This document shows positions 40,746 to 52,503 of a stretch of DNA of 64,000 nucleotides, one piece after another. The stretch comes from Octopus vulgaris (lineage: Eukaryota). A program made the position numbers and the translations under genes. Every line of letters starts with the position of its first letter. Positions within the stretch are counted from its first letter, which is position 1. The notes below the pieces were generated by a model that worked only from the letters and a program-made list of their open reading frames with translations, did no database searches and was not told where the DNA came from. The stretch spans positions 89,156,001-89,220,000 of the forward strand of contig OX597816.1 of NCBI GenBank assembly GCA_951406725.2, written 5' to 3'.

Positions 40746-40784
40746 AGAAATAATAATAATAATAATAATAATATTAATAATAAT

Positions 40785-43700
40785 CAACTTCCCAATGGGG
40801 AAGTTAAACAAAGAATAGCGAAGACGAGAGATTTGAAAAAAGAGGAGAACGTAGACCTTCCTCAAGAAAACCAAAATAGATATGACATAGAATTTGAGGT
40901 GAATAATAGAGAAAAGATTATGGAAGCAAAAGTGGACATTATGAGAGAACTCGGCAAGATTGAGCTCACTGACATGGTTAATAGAGAACCACTACCAAAG
41001 TTTTCAAATGGCACAAGAAATAACAACACAATCATGACATATAACGTTGCCCTAGGACAGATCTTAAGAAATAAGGGGAATGATTTGACAACCTTAAATA
41101 ATCTCAGTTATTCCACTGCTAAAGTAGTAACTACCCAACTAGGTATTAAGATGACAAAGAAAAAGGCCAGGCATGTCAATGAACCTCCTAAGTGGAAAGT
41201 AGCGATACAAAAAGAGATTGAATCTCTGCGGGCGGATGTTTCAATTCTCGATGAGCTTGCTAGAGGAGTGAATATTAAGCCGAGAAAAGCTAGAAAAATC
41301 AAGCAAAAATATAAAATCAAAGATCTCATAAACCTCCCTGCAACTAAGGAACTGTTGAAACAACGGATACAGTTGAAAGCTCAACGGCTTAGAAGGTATG
41401 ACAAAAGAAACAAATTTTATCGACAAAATAAATTTTTTAAGACAGATGCAAAGAAATTTTATAGGGAAATTGGCAAAAATAAAATACACATAGAAGATCC
41501 ACCTAAGATTGAGGAAGTGGAGGAGTTCTGGAAGAAGGTATGGAGCAACGAAAAAGAGTTTAATGCTGAGGCTGACTGGATAGAACGTGAGAAAGAGAGA
41601 CTGGATGAACTTGAAGAACAGAAATGGGAAGCAATAGGAATAGAGGAGCTAAGGTGTGTCCTTAGGAAGGCTCATAAATGGAAGACCCCAGGACTGGATC
41701 GGATCCCTAACTTCTGGCTGAATTGTTTGACAGAGGTACACGAACATCTCGCTGCATCTCTGTCTGATGTCATTCAGAACCCAGAGCAAATACCTGCTTG
41801 GCTGACTGAAGGAACCACCTACCTATTACCTAAAACCGAAGACACAAAAAACCCAAAGAATTACCGGCCAATAACATGTCTCAACACCACCTACAAAATC
41901 CTCACATCCATAATAACGGAGAGAATGTACGCTTTCCTTGAACAAAATTCTATCCTTCCACAAGCTCAAAAAGGTTGTAAAAGAAGCTCTTATGGGCGCA
42001 AAGACCAATTGCTCATAAACAGAATGATTGTAGAGAATTGCCGGAGCAAAAACAAAAACCTGAGTATGGCATGGATAGACTACAGGAAAGCGTATGACAG
42101 TGTCCCACATAAATGGATATTCAAGGCCCTTGAGATATACAAGATCTCTCCTGTCGTCTCAAAATTCTTAGAGAATAGCATGACCATGTGGAACACACGT
42201 CTCTTTCTAAGCCATAGTAATGGGATGAGCCAGTCCAACAGCATCAACATCAAACGAGGCATCTTTCAAGGTGACTCCCTCTCTCCATTACTTTTTTGCA
42301 TGGCACTGATCCCACTCTCAAACGAATTGGATAGTACCAGATATGGGTACAAAGTTTTTAGTAAGTTAATAAACCACCTTTTCTATATGGACGACCTAAA
42401 GCTGTGTGCCAGGAATGACCAAGAGCTAGAAGGGCTGCTAACAACTGTTAAAGAGTTTAGCAATGATATCGGAATGGATTTTGGCCTTGATAAGTGTGCT
42501 AAAGCAACTTTTGTAAGAGGCAAGCTCAGGCAAACAGCTTCTGTTAAATTATATATTGACACTACCATCAAGGAACTTGACCCACTAGAAATTAACAAAT
42601 ACCTAGTAATCAACGACGGAGATGGTATACATCATGCTACTATGAAGGAAAAAATAAGAAAGGAATACTATAGGAGAATAAGGCTTATACTGAAGACTGA
42701 ACTCAACTCCAAAAATTGCATTGAGGCCATTAACACCCTGGCACTTCCAGTAGTCCAGTACAGTTTTAACATCATTAACTGGAACCTTACGGAACTCCAA
42801 CGCTTGGACAGGAAGACAAGAAAGTTACTGACATCCAAGAGCATGCACCACCCTAAGGCAGATGTAGACCGCTTGTACCTACCTAGAAGCAGCGGGGGGA
42901 GAGGAATGATGCAATTAGAGCTGTGCTATAAGACCTCTACTGTAGGGATGAACAGGTACCTATCTAGTACAAAGGACTGGATGCTGCGACTTGTGTGCGA
43001 ACACGAAAGCAGCAAAAAGCTACATTCTATTGTCAAGGAAGCTTATAAGTTCGAAAGGGAACTAGACATTAACCTTGAATCAGATGAAGAGCCGGAAACA
43101 ACTGCTACCAAGCAAGCAAAGCGAATCAAGCAGACTGCAAAAAAGAACGGGCAGAATCAAATTGAGAGGCGGTGGAGCCAGAAGTCCCTGCATGGACAAT
43201 ATATTCTCCGAAGCCAAAATGCTGATGTAGACCAAGCAACAACCCATCAGTGGCTGAAGAGCTCTGGATTGAAAGCAGAGACTGAAGGTTTCATAATGGC
43301 AGCACAAGATCAAAGCTTGTTTACCAGAAATTACCAGGCTAACGTTCTCCGAAACGGTACTGACCCTAAATGCAGATTCTGCGACACATTTGACGAAACG
43401 ATAGACCATCTCGTTTCGGGATGTCCTGTGCTGACACCAAACGAATACAAAAATCGCCACGATAGGGTAGGACAGTATATACATTGGAAGATATGTAAAC
43501 ACTACAAATCCGACACTCCTGCTAACTGGTATGAACACCATCCTCAGCCAGTTGTTGAAGGTAAAGATGTCACCATCCTCTGGGATTTTCCAATCAACAC
43601 TGACAGAACGATCAAGGCTAATCGACCAGACATAATTGTTAAAGACAGGGAAGAAAATACCTGCAGACTAATAGAAGTAAGCGTCCCCACTGATAAAAAT

Positions 43701-44091
43701 GTATCTGTCAAGGAATTTGACAAACTTAGTAAATATAAGGACCTGGAAATCGAAATACAGAGGATGTGGAATCTTAAAACAAAAACTGTTCTTGTTATTG
43801 TAGGTGCCCTAGGTATGATAAAAAAGGGATGTCAAAAACACCTAGACAATATCCCTGGAAAACCATGTCTCAAGGAAATCCAAAAGATTGTGCTAACAAG
43901 TACTGCCCACATCCTTAGAAAAACCCTATCAATGTAAATGTTTGTGTTTGCATTACATGGAGATATATCTCTACTTCCCCTCCCCAAGCTTTCAGCTACA
44001 TTTCAACAACTCTTAACCTTCACTTGCCCTAGGGCGCTGGGTGTGCCCCGGCAGGTGATTGCATCAAACATGCAGTTTAAAAGTAAATGAC
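40785..44091 (+). mobile_element. R4/Dong-clade non-LTR retrotransposon, 5'-truncated, inserted in (AAT)n
   Basis: Bounded by (AAT)n at 40749-40784 and 44092-44175. Single long ORF plus a ~155-nt 3' UTR. Confidence 0.9.
40833..43937 (+). CDS. Retrotransposon polyprotein: reverse transcriptase, CCHC zinc knuckle, restriction-like endonuclease (R4 clade)
   Basis: RT motifs TPGLD, YRPITCL, WIDYRKAYDSV, GIFQGDSLSP, HLFYMDDLKL. Zinc knuckle CRFCDTFDETIDHLVSGC. RLE motifs RHD...RPDII...LIEVSVP...KYKDL. The frame stays open upstream to the (AAT)n junction, so the listed TTG start is not the true start. Confidence 0.92.
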   Translation: MKKEENVDLPQENQNRYDIEFEVNNREKIMEAKVDIMRELGKIELTDMVNREPLPKFSNGTRNNNTIMTYNVALGQILRNKGNDLTTLNNLSYSTAKVVTTQLGIKMTKKKARHVNEPPKWKVAIQKEIESLRADVSILDELARGVNIKPRKARKIKQKYKIKDLINLPATKELLKQRIQLKAQRLRRYDKRNKFYRQNKFFKTDAKKFYREIGKNKIHIEDPPKIEEVEEFWKKVWSNEKEFNAEADWIEREKERLDELEEQKWEAIGIEELRCVLRKAHKWKTPGLDRIPNFWLNCLTEVHEHLAASLSDVIQNPEQIPAWLTEGTTYLLPKTEDTKNPKNYRPITCLNTTYKILTSIITERMYAFLEQNSILPQAQKGCKRSSYGRKDQLLINRMIVENCRSKNKNLSMAWIDYRKAYDSVPHKWIFKALEIYKISPVVSKFLENSMTMWNTRLFLSHSNGMSQSNSINIKRGIFQGDSLSPLLFCMALIPLSNELDSTRYGYKVFSKLINHLFYMDDLKLCARNDQELEGLLTTVKEFSNDIGMDFGLDKCAKATFVRGKLRQTASVKLYIDTTIKELDPLEINKYLVINDGDGIHHATMKEKIRKEYYRRIRLILKTELNSKNCIEAINTLALPVVQYSFNIINWNLTELQRLDRKTRKLLTSKSMHHPKADVDRLYLPRSSGGRGMMQLELCYKTSTVGMNRYLSSTKDWMLRLVCEHESSKKLHSIVKEAYKFERELDINLESDEEPETTATKQAKRIKQTAKKNGQNQIERRWSQKSLHGQYILRSQNADVDQATTHQWLKSSGLKAETEGFIMAAQDQSLFTRNYQANVLRNGTDPKCRFCDTFDETIDHLVSGCPVLTPNEYKNRHDRVGQYIHWKICKHYKSDTPANWYEHHPQPVVEGKDVTILWDFPINTDRTIKANRPDIIVKDREENTCRLIEVSVPTDKNVSVKEFDKLSKYKDLEIEIQRMWNLKTKTVLVIVGALGMIKKGCQKHLDNIPGKPCLKEIQKIVLTSTAHILRKTLSM

Positions 44092-44095
44092 AATG

Positions 44096-44174
<79 letters not shown>

Positions 44175-44175
44175 G

Positions 44176-44308
44176 GATGCACACATCCTACGCAGAACAC
44201 TTTCTATACAATAACCATCAGAGCATCACAACAAATCACAGCACATACCCAAGGCACACAGAGCTGCGCTCGGTAGTGAAGTGAAAGCACGCTATAAAAA
44301 TAAAACTA

Positions 44309-44311
<3 letters not shown>
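44176..44311 (+). mobile_element. Very short 3' stub of a second R4 family between two (AAT)n tracts
   Basis: Encodes AHILRRTLSIQ*, like the ends of the 40833 ORF and the 31190 relic, followed by a 3' UTR hairpin and (AAT)n. Confidence 0.8.
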
Positions 44312-44400
<89 letters not shown>

Positions 44401-44535
44401 AGAAGAAGAAGAAGAAGAAGAAGAAGAAGAAGAAGAAGAAGAAGAAGAAGACGAAGAAGAAGAAGAAGAAGAAGAAGAAGAAGAAGAAGAAGAAGAAGAA
44501 GAAGAAGAAGAAGAAGAAGAAGAAGAAGAAGAAGA
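44312..44535. repeat. (AAT)n-(GAA)n microsatellite
   Basis: Direct reading. Confidence 0.95.
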
Positions 44536-44547
44536 ATGATGATATTA

Positions 44548-44822
44548 ATTTTTGCACATGGCCAGCAATTTCGTAGATGGGCTATGTCGATTGTATCGAC
44601 CCCAGTACTCAACTGGCACTTATTTTATCGATCCCGAAAGAATGAAAGGCAAAGTCGACCTCGGAGTTCAAATTCTGCCGAGGTCGACATGGGTATGAAG
44701 GACACTTCATACTTTCGGGAGCGACGAAATATGTACCAGTCAAATCCTCGGGTCGACATAATCGGCTACACCACTCTTCTAAATTTAAGGCTTTGTACCC
44801 ATAGTAGAACGGATTATTATTA
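44548..44822. mobile_element. Inverted pair of SINE fragments (family also at 45887-46052 and 48508-48640)
   Basis: atcgaccccagtactcaactggcacttattttatcgatcccgaaagaatgaaaggcaaagtcgacctcgg is joined to the opposite-orientation gagttcaaattctgccgaggtcgac...gtaccag...gggtcgac...aaggctttgtacccatagtagaa. Confidence 0.65.
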
Positions 44823-45886
44823 TAATCAGCAACGTATCAGCAGCTGTCTCTTGCTCCGTTAGATTAAAAGCAAATCTAGCAAGTATCTATAACTAAAACA
44901 TGTTTTCTTCTTAGACACAGCATTTCTAGTTCTTTAGTACTTAATGTAGTAAATATGTTATCAGCCACTTATGAACCATCTATAAATACGCTTCTCTGTG
45001 TATATTTGCTTTCTTTCAAGAGAGGAGAGTATGAAATCCGGATAGTTTTATCGATTGACGGGCTAAAATTGCCTTAGAAAACATTTCGTTGATGTGTTAT
45101 TTTACATTTAGAATGTTCGTTGAAATACTCACTCAGTCAGCTGTGACGTTCATCAACAGAAAGTAGACAGAAAATAGAAGCGCAGTGTCGTGAAGTACAT
45201 TTTCTCACCTTGATACGTTAGTCTCTGAGTTTATTCAGAATAAGTAACTTATTTGCATATATGTAGATGTGATATGTAGTATAACTGATAATTAGTTTGT
45301 TATATCAAATGCGCTTTTTTTTAACGAATTTCATGGCTGAATAAAAACAAAAAGAATAAATCGACCATGACAGTGTTTGAACTCTGAATGGCAGTGAAAG
45401 AATCAATATGCTGCTTACATACAAGTTCACGAAGGTGCAGAATGGGGAAATTGTTATAATGAAGCTTTAGTATTCCCAAAGAACATTCACCCGGGAATAT
45501 ACAAAGCAGTAGAGCACCAGACTAAATGTACTACTTTTAAACAAGTATCAAGAGTGAAAACTGAATTTAATCTCCAGATACAAAGAATAAGAAGAAAATA
45601 ATCTATTGACGAAAGTATTAGAAATTTGAGTCGGCACTCAAGTTAGTAAGATTGGCTATTCTGTATGACGTTTAAAGAAGCGATTACAGAGGTTCCTGAG
45701 AAACGTCTGCATCCTCTTATTCCCAGACACGTGCACGTTATTTTAATTCATTATATTCAGTATAAAGTGGAGGGGGAGATGCCAAGATAATTTTGATTTA
45801 CAAGACAGAAAACAATATTTGATCAAGTTTCAAATTAGAATTTCAAAGTAAAACCAAAACTCCTATGCAGAAGAAACATAGTCCTA

Positions 45887-46052
45887 CTTTCTACTATGGA
45901 CACAAGGCCTGAAATTTAACGGGAGGAAGTAGTCGAATTAAACCCAGTATTCGATTGGTGGTTATTTTATCAACCTTGGTGGAATTTGAACGGACGAAAT
46001 GCCGCTAAGCATTTTCTTCGGCGGACTAACGATTCTAGCTGTTCACCGCCCT
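45887..46052 (-). mobile_element. SINE copy
   Basis: tttctactatggacacaaggcctgaaattt...ggaatttgaacggacgaaatgccgctaagcatt...aacgattctagctgttcaccgcc, similar to 44548 and 48508. Confidence 0.6.
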
Positions 46053-46263
46053 TGGAAGACACATAATACGAGCCGTTGAGTCTGATGCCCTACTGTTTAA
46101 ACGGAGACATTTTCTAAACATGCAGATAATTGATAATTTCAGGTAAGGCATCACACCGTGTATCTATTATGGAAATATAAACTTTTAATGTTCACGTATT
46201 AAAATGATTCAGCAGTAAAATACATTCCTTTGACACACAAACGACTTAAATAAAATTATAGTA

Positions 46264-47046
46264 CTTGGTCTGATCAATGAGTATCCGGACTGTTGATAAA
46301 TACCTTAGGAATGGGAACCCAGGTTTGAAATTTCCCCCAAGACACCTGATGAAGGCTGGAGAGTATATCAGTCGAAACGTTGTGCTAACAACAAAGAAGA
46401 TGAGGACAAATATCCGTCAAACGTAAATAATGTAAATGATTTAAGCAATGTACATAATTCGTCTCTTAAATATAGAACTTAAAACACTTTTGACACAAAC
46501 TTGGCAGACACGCGTCTCATACCCAAATCCTCAGTGACAATGGACTGAAACAATGACAACTGAACTGTAACAATGACAACTGAACTGTAACTAATCTGCT
46601 CATCCCCGGATAACTCACGGATGGTGATTCTACGAATTCCCCTCACAGCCGCGCGCACATTTGCAATGTCTTTCTCAGATCTGCTGGTTGTGAGTCTCCG
46701 AGAAAGTTCGACAATATCGGCATTTTTTCGGCAAACTTGGAAACGTCTGAACCACTTGTACACTTATGTACGACTCATACAATTTTCTCCATACACTTTC
46801 TGCAACTTTGCGTAGTCCTCTGAGCAGGTATTGCCATGGCAACCTGCTCTCTCGTGGTCAATGCGACGATCATACGCTACACACCGTCCTTTCAAGCACT
46901 GCTGTAAACAGAAGTGAGATATAATGTTAAAAATTCATTCGCATACACAACAGAGTCCAAGGTCAATATGTGCCAAACGGCTTGACTCTACGTGCTTTAG
47001 CTTCGTTACTATCGCAACAGTCCGGATACTTATTGATCAGACCTCT
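46264..47046 (-). mobile_element. Internally deleted mariner with both TIRs, carrying a hammerhead-element insertion
   Basis: TIRs cttggtctgatcaatgagtatccggactgttg and caacagtccggatacttattgatcagacctct, TA-flanked. ORF 46479..46763: YKWFRRF...RRITIREL...LGMRRVSAKFV. Confidence 0.85.
46298..46478 (+). mobile_element. Head-less copy of the 26880/27174 SINE tail with an intact minimal hammerhead (46341-46386)
   Basis: aaataccttaggaatgggaacccaggtttgaaatttcccccaaGACAC-CTGATGA-a-ggctg(gagagtatat)cagtc-GAAACGTT-GTGCT...gacaaatatccgtcaa. Confidence 0.8.
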
Positions 47047-48507
47047 TAGAAACGTAGTTTCAACACATTAAAAATAATCATTTACAACCTGATTAATGTA
47101 CAGAACATTGTACAGGGAAGGGTTAGGAAGTCTGTTTTACATTTTTACCTTTCTGTATCACATTAATGATGTAAATTTAAAATAAAACACATTGGAATAG
47201 ATTATTGTAATAATTGAAACCGGATCTACACTTCTCATTGACAGCTAATATTTACTATATACTCGTACATATTGAAATAATAAGAAATACAGTCTTCTTA
47301 CAGTAACCTCATTTCCATACACCGTTCTTTTTTCTGGAATCATTAATAAATTTATCCATCTTATGAGATCAGGGCAAATGTGAGAGAATTCTAGTTATAA
47401 TATGCCCTGAGGTTAGCATATTGAAATTATGTCCTTTTCGTCTCTTTTTGTCTTGGCTTTTCTTAAAAGTTTAGAATCGACTTTTCTCTTTTATGAAAAT
47501 TACTAATTAATTTTTTCTTTCTTTCTATTGCTATATAATTGAAAATTTTTCAAAGTCATAGTCTTTATTTAAATTACTTTGTATAAATTATTATCATTTT
47601 TGTTCCAGTTTAGTTTTGTTCATATATGTTCCTTAACTCTTACAACTGGATTGATTTTGTTTGGTTTTTACTTTCTCCTTCTCTTTCTATGTTTTCCTTA
47701 ACTTTAACATGTTCTTTTACTTCTTCTCAGTGTGTCGTTTCTATCTAATTTTGTCCTCTCTTTATTTTCACTTTCTTTTCGTAATTTCTTTCCTTTTCTT
47801 CTTCTAATCCACTTCTTTTTCTCCTCCCTGCCATCTCCCGTTCCTTTCCCTTCAGTTCCCTCCAATCCCGCCTCTTCTCCTCTTCTTTCTCCTTCTCTGT
47901 TCTCTTCTTCAAACTTCTCATCTCCTTCCTCCACCCTTCTTTCTCCAGCTTCTCCTCTTCCTTCCTCTTTACCATTTATACTTTCCACTTCATCATCGCC
48001 GTTGTCCTCTTCAACTTCTTCCTCAGCATCTTTTCCTTTATAATATAGCAAATTTCCAGTTATAATGAAAGAGATTTGCCTTCATAATCCAGAAAATAAA
48101 TTCAAGAAACATAAAAACACAAAGTTAATTCGAGTTTAATTACAATTTATTTTATTTCATAGGTTTTATTCCATTTCCTATTTTTTAAATTTTTATTAAT
48201 TATCGTGTCTATTTCCAGTAATCTTTATCATCATTATTGTTAACACTAGCGTCAACACTATTGGCATCATAAACACCATCATCATCCTCAATATCATTGG
48301 CAACAGTATTGCCACTAGCATGATGGTGTGAGAGAAGTGGTAGAGTTGCCAACTAAATGCCTTATAACGTTTGGTTCTAAGATTAAAATACTCCAGGAAT
48401 AATTTTTACTAGACTTAACGGGCTGTTGTTGCACGAAATAAATATAAAATATGTAGATATATGAATAAAGCTTTCTGACTTCTTGCTGCCTTTAATGATA
48501 ATAATAC

Positions 48508-48640
48508 TTTTTATTAAATGCACAAGGCCTGAAATTTTGGGGAAGGGGACTAGTCGATTACATCGATCCTAGTACTCGACTAGTACTGAACTTATCGACC
48601 CCGAAAGGATAAAATGCAATGCCAACCTCGGTGGAGTTGT
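48508..48640 (-). mobile_element. SINE fragment
   Basis: cacaaggcctgaaattttggggaaggggactagtcgattacatcgatcctagtactc...ccccgaaaggataaaatgcaatgccaacctcgg. Confidence 0.6.
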
Positions 48641-49008
48641 CATATTGAATAAGAGACAAATACTGTAAGATCAGTGATGTAGCAATACAAAATGACATGA
48701 ATGTTGTGAGTAAAGAGGTTGAAAAAAAATCACCAATTTCTCCGAATCGAAAGTATAAATGAAAAGACTGTATGGAATGCGAGAGGGTAATGTAAAAGGG
48801 ATACCAGTTGTGATCGGACTGTTGGGCTCAATCCCACTGAAACTTCAAAACTTCTTAAAACAACTGGAATTCCCATGCAAGGTTGATGTCTTGCAAAAAG
48901 CAGCCTTATTGGGCACAGCGCACATCTTAAGGAAAGTATTATCTGTCAGAGGTCTTTGTTGTGACTTAACATATGGTGCATTTTTATCTACACCGTGTTA
49001 CGAAGGAA
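48638..49008 (+). mobile_element. R4/Dong-clade 3' relic ending in (AAT)n
   Basis: ISDVAIQND...MKRLYG...IPVVIGLLG...LQKAALLGTAHILRKVL, followed by (AAT)n at 49008-49105. Confidence 0.8.
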
Positions 49009-49013
49009 TAATG

Positions 49014-49095
<82 letters not shown>

Positions 49096-49329
49096 TAATA
49101 ATAATAGAACATATGCTGGTCATTGTTGTGTACATCACAGGAAAAATCTCCTTTTTGTGACTATAGGTTTTCCAATAGACACGGTTCATTGACATCCGGA
49201 ATTATGGGGCACCGATGTAACACCATGTGTCTTGTCAGTCAAAAGCAACAGGATCATTGAGCCTAAACCAAGCCACTAACTTTGATTATACTCTCGGCCA
49301 AGTAATAAAAGGTAAAGGGCACCGACTCC

Positions 49330-49542
49330 CTTCTGTCAAGTCCGTGGTGCAAGTCCGGGTAAGGTTTTTAGGGAAGACCAGCAGTCGCCCATTCATACCA
49401 GCCTCCTATCTCCGCGCCACCGATATTATCCAAAGGAAAGACAAAGGATGATACAACTTAGCACCAATTACATCTCTAGAGCTGGGTGAACAGGAGTAAC
49501 GTGAAATAAAGTGTCTTGCTCAAGAGCACAACATGCAGCCAA
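49330..49542 (-). mobile_element. Probable SINE fragment
   Basis: The minus strand has ggctgcatgttgtgctcttgagcaagacactttatttcacg (CORE-like SINE middle) followed by a tail-like segment. Confidence 0.45.
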
Positions 49543-51609
49543 GTAATATGTTATTATATATTCTTAGATACAAGGAATGGTCACGTCTGGAATGCTTTTC
49601 ATATTATGTTTGCCCTATCAGATCCGTTTTGATACTAAACATCAACATCAGCATCGGACTTGCTTATCCGGCGTATCTTTATTCAAACCGACTGCTTGAT
49701 TTGATGAGGATTCATCTGAAATTTCTTGCAGGACAAAAAAACGGCGGAATAGCTCCCTCATTGACTTTTATGCAGAGATGTATTTGAAACAATATCAGCA
49801 GAAGGAATCTATATACGGATTAACAAGAATTTATTACTCTTGTGGCATTCTTTTTACCATCCAGAATTGCCATAATTTTTATTGACTGTACACGTTATTA
49901 ATAAATGAATGAGAGTTGACACATTTAACCTGGTGGACATAGAATACCTAACAATATATAAATAAACGGAGATTCGTAAACTAGATTAATCAATAACTAA
50001 AACATATAACCAAAATATATTCCTTTTTCTTTCAAGTAAGGAAGATATATTTTATTCGTACCGTTCAAGGATTCATCTTGCCAAGTTATAGGGATGCATT
50101 CATTACTAAGAAAATGTACAAATCTGTACGTTTATTTGTAGGAGAAAAAATAATTGCCGAGAATTTATTAATTCAGTAGTAATAAATCTTGGTGGTTGGC
50201 GAGAAATGTTTTGATGACTAATTTCATCATTAGCCTCTTTATTGATGATTAGCGTTCTTGTATGTGGAAGCATTTTTAATAATTTTGTGACAGTTAATGT
50301 ATACACTTCAGAATAGCTATATATTACTGATACTCTACATAAGCCTTACACCTGATATTCTATTTCAAAGTCAACCACAAAGACTGTTGAATATTATTAA
50401 GGAACATTAACGAATATTATAAATGAACATAGATGAAAAAAAATATTTAGTATACGGCATTTATTTCGCTTTAATAATTTTTTATTTACCAACTCTATTA
50501 TTTTCCTGAAAAATAAATGAAATTTTAGTACAATGCAAGAATCTAAATTATTTCTCTTTCTTTCCGTTTCCCCTGTCTCTACCCCTTATTGCTACTTGTT
50601 AGATTTATTCTTGTTCTATGGTTGTCACTAAAATAGTGTAAAGAGGATATTTTGGTGGCTTTGAGTAAGCAGTAAACATCTAGTGAGCCGCAAATCAGAA
50701 AGGTCTCGTTACTTTATACAAACACACTTTGCATCTTCCTCGAAACGTTGTATAATAAGACAATAGAAGTGCGCATACTTTCTTTTCTTAATTTGAAGAG
50801 CAAATCTTTCTAATATCGATAGACTAATGACCAGTAATATATTAGGTCAATTCAATAGGTTATAGCCTATCCTTTAAAGGCAATTTACTTGTTCCTAAAT
50901 AAGAAACTAATATTGCAAGATGTTGTCAAACGTCCAGTCAAATTTTTTTTAATTATTCTAGTTGAAGAAATTGTAGAAGAATATAACAAGAATATATTAT
51001 AAAACAACTCTCTTATTTTTACATTTCTTTCTTCCCTTTGATAAACTTATTGGCCTTTACTGTTTTTCTTGTACATAATTTGTGTGAATTTTGCTTTATT
51101 TTTATCGTTTCTTTTGGTTTCTATTTTATTAGCCTTTTGATTTTTATGTAGTAAAGAATCTCAAAATAAAAATGTGTGTGGTAGCTTTTTTTATTCTTTC
51201 TTTTTTATGTATTGTTTCTTCTATCCATTCTTTTATTTAATGATCTTAGAGAAACATTGATTTATGTATTTATTCAAAGACAACGTCTATTTTGATCCAA
51301 AACGCGTCTACGTTTGGTTAACCTTACCAAACAAATGGCCAACTATATTAAAAGTCTTTTCAGCCAAAAGAAAACAAAACGTAAAATAAGTTTTGGTTAA
51401 AACACAATGTCTTGTCTTATTCTCTCTTGTATGTTTTTTTTTTTTTAATTTTCTCACCCTATAGCGATGAATAACACTAAAGTTACAACGAAAGTGATTC
51501 AAAATGAATAAAAATAGCCCATATACTTCAACTTTGAAATACATTCTTGTTTTAAAAAAAGAAGACTCCGAGAACTATAAAATATTCAGAGGTCTAGCCT
51601 TGCGTCAGT

Positions 51610-51680
51610 TTCACACACACACACGCACACACACATACACACACACAAATATACACACACATATATATGTATGTATCTAC

Positions 51681-51711
<31 letters not shown>

Positions 51712-51749
51712 CACATATATGTACCTATATATATATACATACGTATATC

Positions 51750-51785
<36 letters not shown>

Positions 51786-52008
51786 TACATACATATATAT
51801 ACTTACATATATATATATTCATATATATACATACATATATACATATATATATATACATACATATATACATATATATACATATATATATATATACATATAT
51901 GCATATATATATATACATATATATACATGCATATATACATACATATATACATATATATACATATATACATATATATATATATACATATATATACATGCTT
52001 ACATATAT

Positions 52009-52080
<72 letters not shown>
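51610..52080. repeat. Long (CA)n/(TA)n-derived low-complexity tract
   Basis: Direct reading. Source of several spurious YI-rich ORFs. Confidence 0.95.
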
Positions 52081-52279
52081 TTAGTAGGAGAACTTCGGAT
52101 TTATAAACTGGACAGGTAGCTGACTAATTTTACACACTGGACAATTTAGTTAGCACAGTCTGAACCCTAAGGAGTGCTTATAAAGTACTGGCTCGCGTTT
52201 TTACTCTCATTTTCCCTTTTTATGCGTATATATATGATGGATTCTCTCGTTCTTAATGGCAAATGAAAATAAGCAGTAA

Positions 52280-52503
52280 TCATGTTTTGTAAACGCGCAT
52301 ATGTCTCTTGAGGCTTGCTGGTGTCTTGCAAACCTTTTTGCAAATGGAACAAGTTGAGGACTCAGTTTGCTCGAGGGTTTGTGAATCATATACTACATGC
52401 TTTCTTGAGTGGACGGTAAGGCTATCTATGCTCAGTGCCACAAACCCACAGTGGCTGTGTTGTTGCTGCTTTGCATTTGGAAGGATATTACAGAAAATTC
52501 CGA
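52280..52503 (-). pseudogene. Relic of two C2H2-type zinc fingers (host ZNF fragment or LINE C-terminus)
   Basis: Open minus-strand frame without an upstream start: ...HSHCGFVALSIDSLTVHSRKH...STCSICKKVCKTPASLKRHMRVYKT*. Each finger lacks one ligand. Confidence 0.5.

Noticed and set aside
47704-48051. Glu/Gly/Lys-rich ORF
   Set aside because: Product of a polypyrimidine/polypurine low-complexity tract.
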